A DNA stretch of 63,622 nucleotides, the filler included, from Streblomastix strix (Eukaryota): NCBI GenBank assembly GCA_008636045.1. It is 2 parts of 2 records of this genome, joined end to end, with 100 filler letters (N's around TTAATTAATTAA, not from the genome) between each part and the next. Parts side by side here need not be neighbours in the genome. Positions count along the whole stretch, not along the records: positions 31,890 to 63,622 come from SNRW01000078.1; 1 more part is not named here. The stretch is one strand, 5' to 3'. The notes beneath the pieces were generated by a model, which made no database searches, was not told the origin of the DNA, and saw only the letters and a program-made list of their open reading frames with translations. Positions within the stretch are counted from its first letter, which is position 1; every line of letters begins with the position of its first letter. This document shows positions 40,169-53,486 of the stretch, one piece after another. The translations under genes were made by a program, and so were the position numbers.

Positions 40169-40813
40169 GCTGATTACTGAATATTGATGAATATAAATAG
40201 GAAATGGAGTGGATGTATTTCACAGGCACATTGGAACTGTTTGTGGTTTATTGGACCATTAATAAAAATAGCTTATTTATAAAGAGTAAAAAGATCGAAT
40301 TTTTATTTAATTTGGTTGAAATTGAGCATTCTATGTGATTTATAGTTTTATTTTAATCTGATATTTATTAATCTCACTATTCAAGTGAAAAATCAACCTT
40401 AACCTAAACACTCACTTGATTACAGAATAATATTCATAATTTAATATAATAATTTTTGTATTAAATTTATATACAATAAATGTAGTATAAAGAAAATAGA
40501 ACCGATTACGATAGGAATGCGAGATGGTGGACTAAAATGTATACTAAATGAAGTTAAGTTCAATGGTCATATATACTGATTGATACATTATTTATATCAA
40601 TTTTGTTTCATTTTTGCATACAATAATACTCACTACAATGGAAATACATAATTACTTCATATAACTTTGAGATAACTTTAAAGTTTTGTTTAAATAAGAA
40701 AAATCCATCAAGCGTTTTAATAATTACAGATTATCTTTTTAAAAGTATACATTTTTTATTATATTTCATATAAATTCAAACAATAACAATTATTTGTTTA
40801 TGAATAAACATAT

Positions 40814-43800
40814 TCATTCACTTACATTATGAATTGTTTCTCTTAATGGAGTAAGAAGTTGCTCAACGAGTTTCTTATTGACGTTCTGGAGCAGTGGTTG
40901 TCTTTCTGGAGTATTTCCTGTTATAAGCGTTTACTGAGAAATAAAAATATTATAAATTATATTTTTTAAATAATAATTTATTTTAATTATTGAAAATTAT
41001 ATCCTTTGTTTTATAATATTCATAATGCATACTATGACAGAGTCTTCAACTGCGCTTTAGACTTCACCAGCCATTACTGGAAGAGCATCACTAATTGCTT
41101 GAGTGTAGTTTGAAAACTCCTCTGCTGCCTGTTAAATCTGAAATTAATGAATAAACATAAATATATATATCAAATAATAATCAATAATTCAAAAAGTTAT
41201 ATATTAATATTCTTTATCAAATTTTAATAATAAATACTTCTTTTCTTGCTTTTGATATTTCCTCTGATTTGTTCTGGTTTTCTTTTGATTTGGTCAATTA
41301 ACTCTTGATCTAAATTGCATTGCTAACATTTTCGAGTGATTACTGAACATTAGTATATTTTTCTTTGTCTAAAGCTAATTGTTATTCTATTACTGATTTA
41401 AATTGATTTTAATCATCATTCTCTTCCCTGAGTTAATTCATCTTCTCTCTGGGTAATCTTTCAATTTGAATTAATTAATCCAATCTAAATTATGTAATCT
41501 TTGCAATTTCATCGGGAAGAAGAAGATTTGATGATTTTTAATTACTGTTTATTACTTATTCCTATATTATTAAATTATTTTATTTATTCGTGATTTTGCT
41601 TTATTCATTATCAATCAGTTCATGAGTTTATGTCTTGGTTTCGTTTATTTTTTCTTTAATTAATTCAAATCCTTTGTTCATTATTGAATGAGAAGACTAA
41701 ACATTTTCTTTCAACAAAGTGAATTAAGAATTAAGATCCGAATCTTTTTCATATTCAATTTAAAATTCTTCATCTTCACACGTTTCAACTGCAGAAGCTA
41801 AAGCATCTGCCAATTCTTTCGCTTTTTAAGCTGCTTCTGATGCTTCTTTCGCTTTCATTGCAAATTTTTTACTATTTTCTTTCCTCCTTGATTATCTGTC
41901 TTCATTCATTATTCTCATTTATTCATGAACTTACTAAACAAGTGATTCAGCTTTAGCTATACTTGCATCAGCTTCTTTCTGACGTGATTCTGCTTCAGCA
42001 AATGAACCAATACATTTTTTTATTACAGAAGCCTCAACTTAAATTAAACTATCTATTTGTTATTGTTCTTATTATTTGATTACTAATTTTGTATCATAAA
42101 CATTTCTTTCTAATGCTTTGAATGGTTGAATGATTTATTAAATTATTTCATGTTATATTAATGTTGATTATTGCTCTGATTCTTATTAATATTTATCTTA
42201 TTCTTATTTATTCTTCTCTATATATTTCGAAATCATATCAGTTATAACTCCAATAAGGTCATTATTGATCCAACTGATTAAACTTCCAACTTAATTTGAG
42301 TGATCTGAAATAGCTGAATTAATTAATCTCTATCTTTCAGTACTCTTGGTCTCAAACTCTGAAAGTTAAACACATATCCCTTCCAATTTAGCTCGATGTG
42401 AAGCGCTGAATTCTCGAACTACTCCTTGTTCCTCTTCAATGCATATTTATAGCTTTTATTTAATTGAATCTTTTCCTGCAGTATTTTAAGCTTCTGTTAA
42501 ATTCAATCTGTCAATCTTTTAATGCAACAATTCAACATTAGCTGCTTCATCAAGTAATTGGTCTCCTACAAGTTGAAACTTATGCTATTCTCTATTCAAA
42601 CTTCTTTATGTCTGAAGCAGCTTTCTCTCCATTGTTTGTAGTGCTCCTTGTGCAGATTCAAGATCAAATTAGAGTCTAACAACTGATTGTTCAAGTTCTC
42701 CATATTATTCAGAAAGAGCATGCAATTATTGATCTTGGGCATCTTTCGTTTCTTTCAATGTTTCGTTTTGTGATTCCAATTCCAAATGATCCATGCTCAA
42801 TTCGTCAAATGCAGTTTATTTCTAGAGTAATTCTTTCTTTGTTTCTGAAATCTCATTTCTTTTCTGATCCAATATTTTATTTTTCTCTTCAATTTCTTTC
42901 TCCATCTCTTTGAATGTATTTTCTGAAAGATAAACTCCTTCTCTTTTCCTCATATCTTCCAATTGCGCTTTAAGTTTCCTTATTTCAGTTTCATATTCTT
43001 TAATAAGTGAATTCTTTGTGAGTAACTAATTCACTTCTGGTCTGTTTTCCACATTTCCTGTGTTTTTAGCAAATTCTAATGTACTGTTTGTCACATCAGC
43101 ACAATTCATAGTCAAGTTAATAGTAGCAATAAGTGTTGTCTTATTATTACCACCAAGTGAGTTCTGTAGCAATCTAGTCAAAGGACTATCACGATATGGA
43201 ATGTGAAGTGATTGCGTATTAGATGATGATTCTTTATTTAACGATATTTGTGTTTGAATTGGACCCTGTGAAGAATGCCTTCCTGGATTTGGAGTAATTG
43301 ATCTTTCATATCCTTATGATTATTATAATTAACTTGTACCCTAATTATTTAAATTTTGCTTCTACGAAAGCAAAGTAATCACTCTTCCCAAAGTCAAGAG
43401 TGATTTATTGATAGCTCCAGCTTCAGATGCTTATTTTGCATCTGCACCACTTCGCTCTACATTCTCAGATCCAGCAAGATCCACCATATGAAGTTTCCCA
43501 GTAACTATTTTTTCTTCACCATTTGAACCAGTCTCTTTAGTCTGAACTGTTATTGTGAAGATTGAATGCGAACGTGATGATCTTTTGTGGATTGCTGTAT
43601 CTGCTGTTATCCGATGTCTTGCGCCTTGTTCAAGCCAGAATAGTGCTTCTTCAATGCCACGAACTGGATGCTCTTCAAGACCAACTACAATTACTTCTTT
43701 ATTGGAGTTCTCTCGAATTGTTAAGGATTTCTTACCTGCTGAGTTCAATGCGTTTATTGAGTTTTATGTTGATGGTGCAAATGATGATGTTGTACTTTAA

Positions 43801-44856
43801 TTGACTAAATTATTTGATGTTAGTCCTGATGTGAAATTCTATGAAAGTAGATCAAAAAGTTCTTCTTTATATACCTCTACATTTGATATGCTGACATTGA
43901 ATGAAGTGATTGGATTCCCACCATTGAGCTGAAACATTGAAACATCAACAGTTTCACTCAGTTCAGATGAGTTTGCAAGATTCGCAAGTGAATTATAAAG
44001 AGAATTTGAAATATGATTTAATCCAGTATTTGTTGCAGGTGTTGGAGTGATAGATCTCTGAAGATGTGCATATGGTGTTTGTAAAATGGATGATGATAAA
44101 GAAGAAGAAGAATTAGTTTCATTGTTTAATAGATGAGAGGGTGTTGAATAACTTACTGGTGTTGTTGCTCTTCCATGATTACCTTTGGTTGTTCCTTTGA
44201 CTGAAAACTGAACATGTGTGGCTCGGCGAGTTACTGGGGATGTAATTTGATTGTTTTATGGTGGTATTAGAGTCACTTATGATGGCTGTTTAACTAACTG
44301 TTAGTAAACAGGTTTTGCAGCTTTGTTGATACTGGCTTGAACAGGGCATGCTTCATTCAGGACTTAGAAAATACGGTGTATAGAGCGGGGAATCATTCCA
44401 ATTTGTGTAGGTTCGAGCCCACCACCTTCTCGATGGAGTCCTTCCATTGTATATGTTTTCCCAGTTCCTGTTTGCCCATATACGAATATTGTGCAATTGT
44501 ATCCTTTCAAGACATCATCTACAACTGGCGCAACCTGTAAAATAAGAAAATATTTAATTAATATGATATAAAATTGAATCAATATAACATACAATGTCTT
44601 TAAATATAACATCTTGTGAAGCATCAGGTCCATACACATCGGTAAAATTGAATGTTTTGACAGATGATTTTTCCCGAGTTCCAGCTGATCCTCTGCTATT
44701 TTTTACTGCACTATCTGTAATACCAGAAGTGGAAGGTATCTCTATTTAACCTCTTTCAGATACATAAACTGAAGCGTCTTCTCCTGCGAAGAGGGGGCGA
44801 GCTCGGATGACAACTCTGATGCACGACCTTGACGCACAAGTTTTAAGAATAGACAT
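40814..44856 (-). CDS. KIF11: Kinesin-5 (BimC/Eg5 family)
   Basis: [70 protein letters not shown] neck, coiled coil, tail BimC box TGNTPER; introns 44592-44535, 41237-41138, 41032-40934. Confidence 0.93.
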
Positions 44857-45283
44857 TTAAATATTCTGTTAAAATTAAATAAAAATAATAAAATTTAATA
44901 ATAAAATGTTATAATAATTCAAATTTAATTTCAATGCGAAGGGCGAAATCAAATTGAAAAATTAAATTTTTGGATGCAAAATTAATGGATGGAAAATTTT
45001 ATATACTTAGTATCGTTTTAAATTTCATTAACAAATAATTATGTAGATTCGATAAATTGTAAAAATCGCTTGTTAAATTTGCAAAATATTGCCAGAAAAT
45101 GTCGTGAAATTTGTGTTCAATGTTTTTGCAAGAATAAAAATAATCAAACAGTTTGAAGATAATTTTATATTGATTTGAATGGAAATATTTTAAATTTTAA
45201 TTATTACACACTAAATTATTATATCAAGAAGTAGATATTGAAATGAATGAGAATGAATGTAATTTAAACATTTTAGAGTAAAT

Positions 45284-47232
45284 TCAAAACCAATAATTGT
45301 TATTCTTATAAAAGCAAATATTCAAGATCCAGAGTTTGATATATCTTGATTGATTCCTATATTACTATTATTAATTTGCAAAATATGCTTCTACCTCTTC
45401 ATTTCCACCTTCTTCTTCTAATTTGTAATATGAATTTTATAAAAGATAATTTGATGGAAATGAGTCGAGTGGGCGCATTTTTCCTTTATGAAAAGTAGAA
45501 AATAAATAAACAATATCTGTCAACGAATTAAATATTAACTTATTATCAATATTTATGATAATTCTTCGAGTTATTGTAAGGGTTTGTATTAATATATTCA
45601 GATAGCCTTAATTGAGCATCTGTGAATAAATTTATGAATTATTATTCTCTTTAATACAGTTCAAACAATAGTGACTTTATTTCCCGATCGATATGAGCTA
45701 CATTTAATAATCATGATCCATTATTTCATTCATTTTAAAGTTATATAATTAAATTAATGCTGAGATTATATTTGGAGTATTTGATGCTTTTTGAATATTG
45801 TCATTATTATAGATAATTAGTTGGGATAGAAATCCAAGTGCATCAATTGTAGTCTATTATTATGAGAATGATTTTAATTGAGACTGCTATTTATCTTTAT
45901 TCAGTTCTAAGTGATATGAGTTTGATTTTATAAATGAGTTTAAGACTGAAGAAATATGCGGGAATATATTGTGATCATTAATAAGTAGATTCTTATAATC
46001 AGAATTATGATATATAGCATTCATTAATGAATTGTAAATAACATGATGTAATTCTTCAATTTCAGGAGATAGATGAACATTAATACTTAGTGGACAATGA
46101 AGTTAACTATCACAATTGATATGAAAAAGAAGTGATACATTTTCAACAATCACTTTTTTAATCGATGATGGATTTGTTAAACAACCTGAATTTTCTTTCA
46201 ATCTAAATTATTCAAATATCTTAATAAATTCTATAATTCTTTTCAATTCATTTTCATTTGGATCATTTGTCTAATTCTTGAGTTTCTTCAATATATTAGT
46301 GATGTTTCTATCAAAAAATCTTATACATGTATCTAATATTCTAACTTCTTCTTCATTCTTCCTATCCATTATTTTGAAATATGCTTTAATGAGTTATTCA
46401 ACAGAAATTGAGTAAAGTTCATTTATATTCTCTTTATTATCCAGTTTTACTTCCTCTTCTATTAAAGATTCAATCTTGGATATAATTCCTATCTATTTAA
46501 AATATTCATAGAATTTCTTCGCATCTTATGATTAAAACGTTGAATGTGATATTAACTGGTTAATGATACTTAAGATCAGCATTTCATATTAAGTTAAGCA
46601 ATTTCCTAGTCGCAATTTAATTACTACTAACGTGAATTAATCAAGCATCAATTTGAATTATTTGTTATTTTAATTCTTTATATCTTCAATTACTCTTTAT
46701 GCTTTGATTTATTTTTCTGTTTCAGATAATAAGCTTGATCCTAACATATTATAAGAGCTTTTGTTAATTAATTATTCATATTTCTATAATGTATCTTATT
46801 TTATTTCTTTATTTTTCATTAATACAATATATATCTTTAACAATTTCTCAATAAATTCAGAGTTCGGAACATTTTCAAAACCATCTTACTTTTGTTACTT
46901 TTGAAGTTATTCAGATATTAATGATTCAATCTTATTCAAAAGCCTAGAACTTTTTATGTTGTTAAAGAATCTATTCATTCTAATATCGCGTGTACCTCGA
47001 TTAATCAACATTTCAATAAGATCAATAATTGCCTTTCCTGATTCTGAAGATCCATCTGCTATGTTTTCAGACATAATTCTAATTTCTTATCTTCCAATAA
47101 TTTTCTTTAATTGTTTATTGCTTAAAAGCTTTAATTAATCTTATTTTTATTTAATAGATATTGCTTTTTCATTATCAGGTAGTGAGATATTTGAAATTAC
47201 ATTTATAAGATCTTCTTTGATTTTATTTAATT
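45284..47232 (-). CDS. ARM-like family protein (third paralog; 5' exon uncertain)
   Basis: ~650 codons open with TAR=Gln; LLFHINCDSQLHCP and LEEEGGNEEVEAYF motifs shared with the other two paralogs. Confidence 0.7.
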
Positions 47233-47849
47233 CTGAGATATATTAAAATAAAATTATTATATTAATAATTAAATAAATTTAGCAGTATACGTCATTTAAT
47301 AAAATATTAGCAAACCAATTTCTTATGTATTTTCAAATTAAATGTTTGATAATTTTTTGAGATTTGATGTTTATTCTTGATTATTTACGATATTATTATC
47401 TTATTTACTTTCATTAACCAATTATGAGGAATATTTGCTGCCGGATTAAATTTTTGTAACAATATTTAATTAATTCTATTAAACTTCATCTCTAAATTAT
47501 TCAAAAATGATTTTATTTTGAATTTTACATGGAAACTCCCTATTGTTCTGGTTTTCAATGAATTAATTTGAAGAATTTTCAGAAATTTATTATATATTTA
47601 CACTTTATTCAATTTATAAATATTAAGATGCTTCAATAGATCTGATTTCAGTGAGAATTTGAAATTCGTTTGGTTCTAACTAATTTTAACTAGGTTATTT
47701 TGAATTTTTATCTTAACTGAAGTTACTAGGTACGGACATTAATATTTTGATTAAGGAATAAAACAAACTTTTTGAAATAAGTGCAAAATAGATAAATAAA
47801 AAAAGGAAAAAAATAACTGAAAGATTAATTTAAATTGAAATCTTAAACT

Positions 47850-48259
47850 TCAGATTAAAATCAGAATACTTTCAAATCAGTTGTTGAAACAGCACCAATT
47901 TCTAAAGCCGAAGAAGACTTTCAGCTCCAATAAGCTATAATTCTTTCACTATAATCTACAGAAGTTTCCAAATGCATGCTGATCAACAGAGCGAAATGCA
48001 AACAGATATTGCTTATTGAATATACGAAGGCCTATTCCTATGGGTTAGCCTTCCCATAGTTGTGTCCGTATAAAGTTTAATAAACGAAATGTAAGAAAAT
48101 GGCTATTTTATCTCTGTTTGCATTTTGCATTGCTTCCGTAACAAAACTGTCAATTTAAATCATAAATTGATGGTTGTCCAATTATTCTTTTAATATATAA
48201 TACGTATTTGTCATTGCACTATAAATTCCTTCAATAGTTCTGATGTTATATTGATTCAT
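47850..48259 (-). pseudogene. Copy-specific viral ORF (unknown)
   Basis: MNQYNIRTIEGIYSAMTNTYYILKEQLDNHQF.. open for ~110 codons; no counterpart in copy 1. Confidence 0.4.
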
Positions 48260-48299
48260 TTTTTAATATAGGAACAAAAAAAATTGATCAATATATTTC

Positions 48300-48942
48300 A
48301 AAATTAATATCTTTATCCTATTCTTCAAACTATACAGATTCCTCTTAACATTCATGTGAAACTTAAACTTATTCAATTATTTATTCTTTTTCAATAGTCC
48401 ATTTGGGTTGCTTATATCGTTTAACTTTTTATTTAAATTTTTCTATTTGTTTAACAGCTTCTTATTGTTATTGTTTAATAAATGAATTTTCAGTTTTCAA
48501 CCTTATAAGTTCTTCAAAATCAAATTGAAGATTAATATAAATAATTTATGGAGTTTTTGATGTTTTTACTACTCTTTTTCTAACTTATTTCTTTAAAAGT
48601 TTTTCCCTTGCTTCGCTTATGGAATCATCACTCTCATTTTAATCATCTTACTGTTCATAAAATATAAAATTTTATTTATCTTCTTTTAGAAAGCCCGAAT
48701 CGCGGACATAATCAGTTTATTTTTATGTTTTTTTTTTAATTTTTTTCTTTGAATCAACTCCTCCTCTACGTGCTTATAACAATAACTTATTCTATTATGC
48801 TTAAATTAATTTTTTAAGTATCTTCTTTCTTTCTTCGAACACTTTAATATCTTTGTTAATTTGGATTACGGATCCTTTGTCAAATTATTCAATATTTGCT
48901 TCATTTTCTATTAAATTCTTTAATGCGTGTTGGAAGTCCTTT
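48300..48942 (-). pseudogene. Viral ORF A, copy 2
   Basis: DFQHALKNLIENEANIEQFDKGSVIQINKDI..ARRGGVDS; start ATG mutated relative to copy 1. Confidence 0.6.
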
Positions 48943-48964
48943 TGAATATTTTTAAATAAAGAAA

Positions 48965-49740
48965 ATGATAAATGGCATAGAAAGAAACTCAATTCGAATG
49001 TCAAAAACCAAAAAATAAATGACTGACATTAAACATAATGAACTTTCGGGTCAAGATAAAATAAGATTGCAATTGATAGATGATACAATAATTCGAATAA
49101 AATCAATGCCTGCCATTGACGAAACGACTAAGCCCGAGCAATCGTTGATTGGCCTCAAAAGAGAAGGTTCTAGCATAAATGCTAAACAATAAGAAAATGT
49201 AACATAAATTGAGAATGAAATTTTTCCAATAACGTCTGAATAATCTATCCTTACATAATAAAAAATTAGTAAGTATAAAAGCAAATATAATAATGATAAG
49301 TATAAACAAATTCATATAACAACTGCATAAGTAGACCCTGAGGAAGTAGTTAAAATACTTATCTTTCTCATCCAAATCTTGAAGTAATGAAATTCATTAT
49401 CGATCGAATAAGGGCAACAGTTACAACAAGAAAAAGAGGTGATGATTTTATACTTTCATCAGATAATTTTATTAAACTTTGGTCATTAATTATTTAAGAG
49501 AATGAAGATGATATAGATATTGTATTAGAAGAACCACTAATGAGATCTCATTCATGCATAGGCAAATCATATAAAAAGAAAGATCAAATAAGAGTAATGG
49601 ATGTATTAATTAAAAATGTTAACATATAAGTTATTGATAATATTCTTATTAATCCTGTTTAGAAACTATATCGAATAAATAAGGACATTGTTCGTTTATC
49701 TGATGCACCTACATCACAGACATCAAAAGATGATTTTTGA
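48965..49740 (+). pseudogene. Viral ORF B, copy 2
   Basis: MINGIERNS..KSMPAIDETTKPE..RGDDFILSSDNFIKLW..; TGA 49738-49740. Confidence 0.6.
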
Positions 49741-49795
49741 AATATTTATTTTAGCTGTCATTTTTTATATTTGATTATTATTATCGACAACAAAA

Positions 49796-50240
49796 ATGCT
49801 TACACAATTAGAAATAGTCAAAGATAAATTGTTTATTCATCCTCAAAATATACCAAAAGAAATATTCATTGATCCTATATATTAATATGATGATGATTTC
49901 TATTAACGAACATTAAATTAATATAGTAAACCTTACTGAAAGTTATTAAAATGATATGGAAATAACCCTAGCTGTCCATAATAAATTTATATAATAATTG
50001 AGAAGAGAAATATTTAGCATATTGATGATACAATTAATCAGTATACATAATAGATGAAAGAACTTAGTGATAGCATTTCTCATTATCCATTTCGTAACTT
50101 TATTGATGCAGAAGCAATTAATTATAGAGAATTGAAAGAAACGATTAATTTTATGTAATCAATCAAATTCAATCAATATGGCTAGTATGGTATTAAATGT
50201 CAGGTTAATAGTATAGATTATTATGTTGAAGAATGAATAT
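49796..50240 (+). pseudogene. Copy-specific viral ORF occupying the HNH slot
   Basis: MLTQLEIVKDKLFIHPQNIPKEIFIDP..; same position as 27336-27701 but unrelated sequence. Confidence 0.4.
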
Positions 50241-50260
50241 TGATTATTTTTGTAATAAAA

Positions 50261-51016
50261 ATGGATTAATAATTAAGCGATTTAGATATGATTGATGAAG
50301 ATGAATAAGTTAATTATTAAAAATAGGTAAGTAAAATAATATAATAATAAGAGTAATAAAAATAAATTAAAGAAAAAAATTTGTTATTATAAGTTATTGA
50401 TAATTAGATAATAAAGTATTGTAATTATTAGAGATAATTTTTTAGGAACTCTATCGATTTTGTTAATTTACATATTGACTAGATTATTCGTGGGGTTAAG
50501 ACATTTTTATAACCAATCATAGCTGAGAAAATTATTAAATAAGGTAGAATAAATAATTAAATTCTATTAGCAAATGGAGAATCTATTGATAAGGATAAGT
50601 TAGACTATGAACCTATTGAAAATGCATGTTATTCATCAATTGCTTAAGGAATGTATGAGTAACGAATATGGAATAATTTAACATCATAAAATAGTAGAGT
50701 ATATGTATCATTGTTAAAAGCTCACTCTGACTCTAATACTGTGTGCAATACAGGATATACTTTATTTTCAATCGTTGATAATGACATAAAACCAAAATTC
50801 ACTGAAACATCTTGTAATATATTTTTTAATGCTATTATATATGCGACTAAATAATCTAGTCAGCCAATAGTATGAATTAATGCAGTTGCAATTGATTGTT
50901 ATATTAATACTAATGGAAATGTTATAATAAATACAATGTATTAGCTAAGTTTACCTGATGATTTTTCTGTTTAGGTTTGTGATTCATATGCTATTCATAA
51001 TTAATCATCAAATTGA
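50261..51016 (+). pseudogene. Viral fibre-like protein 1, copy 2
   Basis: DFVNLHIDQIIRGVKTFLQPIIAEKIIKQGRINNQILLANGE, then a C-terminal domain unlike copy 1; TGA 51014-51016. Confidence 0.55.
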
Positions 51017-51215
51017 TTAATTTAAAAATAAACAAATTGACGGATTAAATGAAACACTCATTTATGCTCTTGACTAATTGAACATAAACTGGCACGCAAT
51101 CTTTAATACTATTTGGGATGCAACAATTAAATATATCTGCGAATCAAAAATATGTAGATGACAAATAAATTTATTTTTTAATAATTTTGTTATTAGAATC
51201 ATTGATTATGCATTT

Positions 51216-53191
51216 TCGTTGAGGTTTAATAGCTCCACCAGCAAGCTCTCCAATAATATCAATATTTAGTATTTATGGCATTTAACAGTCATCAAATATA
51301 ATTCTAACAAACAAATCTTACAAGTAATGTATCATTGGAGTAATAGATGCTTTAGTAAGGATCAGGATATGCTCTTGTTCCAATGAATTATTTGAAATCA
51401 TTTTAGTTCTATGATGGACTTATACTAGATATATCAATAATTCCTTTAGTCAAATTTTCTTAGATAATCATTTATATATTAGTTCTTGATCCTATCTTTG
51501 AAGAGTTATATAATCGCATAAATGAATCATCAGAAGCATTTTTTTCCACGTAAGCATATATTTGTTAGGATATAGTGTTCTAATAGCTTTACTTTCACTA
51601 TACAATTTAGTTGAATAGAATATGTTTACTATTTCATATTAATTGTTATTATCTATCCATCCATAGAAATGGGTATTATCATCAATATTAAAGTTCTCGA
51701 ATGTAAATGAATGATATAGATCTGATGGAGCACTAACACCATCTTAATCAACGAAATAATCAAACATTTTTCCATTAATTACTTAATTTAATGAATTAAA
51801 TGGTTATAGGAAAATATTTTTCAAATCAATAACTAGATTAAGTCCTGTGAATAATACAGGGAAAAAACCATGTTGGATATTATGGTACAATAAATGTCAT
51901 AAATAGTGAATTTATGTTTGAAAATGATATAATGCTTTACAATGATCCACTATCTTTATCAAAACCACTAAACATAAAGCTTGATGATTATGTTCTAAAT
52001 ACTTATGTAGGAAAATTAATTATTTTTTGTTATTGAATCAGACTAATTATAGCTTCTTCATTTTAAATATTGAAACATACGTTCTATATCTCCAATACAT
52101 CAAATTTGGCTGTACCAATCTAAAAAATTGAATTTTGAGGTATCTTATCACCAAAAGCCGCGTTTTACATATTTTCAATTCTTACATTATATCTAAGATA
52201 TTCAAGTCCAGTGGAATCTTCTCCTGATAGTAGATGGACAAAATCAGGTTTCTCAGAAGGAATCATTTGATAAGCTAAATGATTATTTAATATAGTATCA
52301 TTTTTGTTAAGCCAAACAACATTCAAATCTTATAGGAAATCTTATATCCATAATTATAGATGTAATGATGAATTAATACGTGTAAGAACAGGGAATGAAT
52401 TATATATATAGGATTTAGTTATTTAAGATCAAGTACTCCACTAAATGTAATATGTTTATCAATTTTATAATAGAAAGGTGTTGTAGCAGCTTATTTATCA
52501 ATTTCACTAAGTGGGATATCAATAAATACTCCACAATGATGTTTTCCTTCTAATATATTTTTTATTGGTGAATCACCAGCGCTATTTTTAGAGCACAAAT
52601 CACTAAGAGAATTCCCACTAATTACAGCTTATTTTCTTGCATAGATTGCAGATCCCCTTAGTGCTGTTACATCTTTCATTAGTTAAAATTAGTAGAATGG
52701 TCCGCATGCAGTTGAGAAACCAATCCAAAATTATAGATGTTCTGACTCTTCAATCCTTAATCAATTTTACTTTAATATCAAGATGATGTTTATGACATAT
52801 TTGTAGTCCAATCAGCTGTTGGATCTTCTTTACCATTGAAATTAGTACATGCAATTAATTTTCCTACAGAATCTCAGTCTTCAGATGTTTTATTTAATTA
52901 TATCGCTAATGTGTTTTCTGGTATAGTAATTGTCCAATTTACCTAACAAGTTTGAACCATTGAACAGGCCGATTTACCTCTTGCTCCTAATGGTGCTCTA
53001 GTATATTTATCTCCACTGGACGTAAGTTCAGTAAAAGGAGAAACGAAAAAATTTAGCTTTGATATTTCAAACGATTGAGGATGGATAGATAATGTTTTTA
53101 TAATTTCCCCAAGTTACATATATCCGTTAATGTAATTAGAATGTTTCATTTTTGCTAATCGTCCAAGATAATCACTAGATTAGAATGACAT
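51216..53191 (-). pseudogene. Putative major capsid protein, copy 2
   Basis: MSFQSSDYLGRLAKMKHSNYING..KYTRAPLGARG..EHLQFWIGFSTACGPFYQF..IIGELAGGAIKPQ; colinear with 28918-30867; stop mutated to CGA; internal TGA and frameshifts. Confidence 0.6.
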
Positions 53192-53256
53192 TTCATTGAA
53201 ACAAAAATTAATGAACTGAATAAATGTCTATATTAAAAGTTTTTATAATAAATCAA

Positions 53257-53460
53257 ATTGGTTTCTTTTCTGGAATTGCAAATTTTGGATCAAAAATATT
53301 AAGTGGCGTTAACAAAGTAGTTTAATGGGTTGCATCAGCATTACATAAAGTTTTGTCAACAATATTAGGTCCTGTTGGAATAATTTATCCTGCAATTAGA
53401 TATGCGTTAGGTGCAGGAGCTAATTTCGCTGGTGCTGTTGATCGACTTGTAAATAAACGT
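53257..53460 (+). CDS. Adenovirus protein-VI-like amphipathic (membrane-lytic/cement) protein, copy 2
   Basis: (M>I)GFFSGIANFGSKILSGVNKVVQWVASALHKVLSTILGPVGIIYPAIRYALGAGANFAGAVDRLVNKR. Confidence 0.55.
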
Positions 53461-53486
53461 AATTTATGTAATTTATTTTTGAAGAA

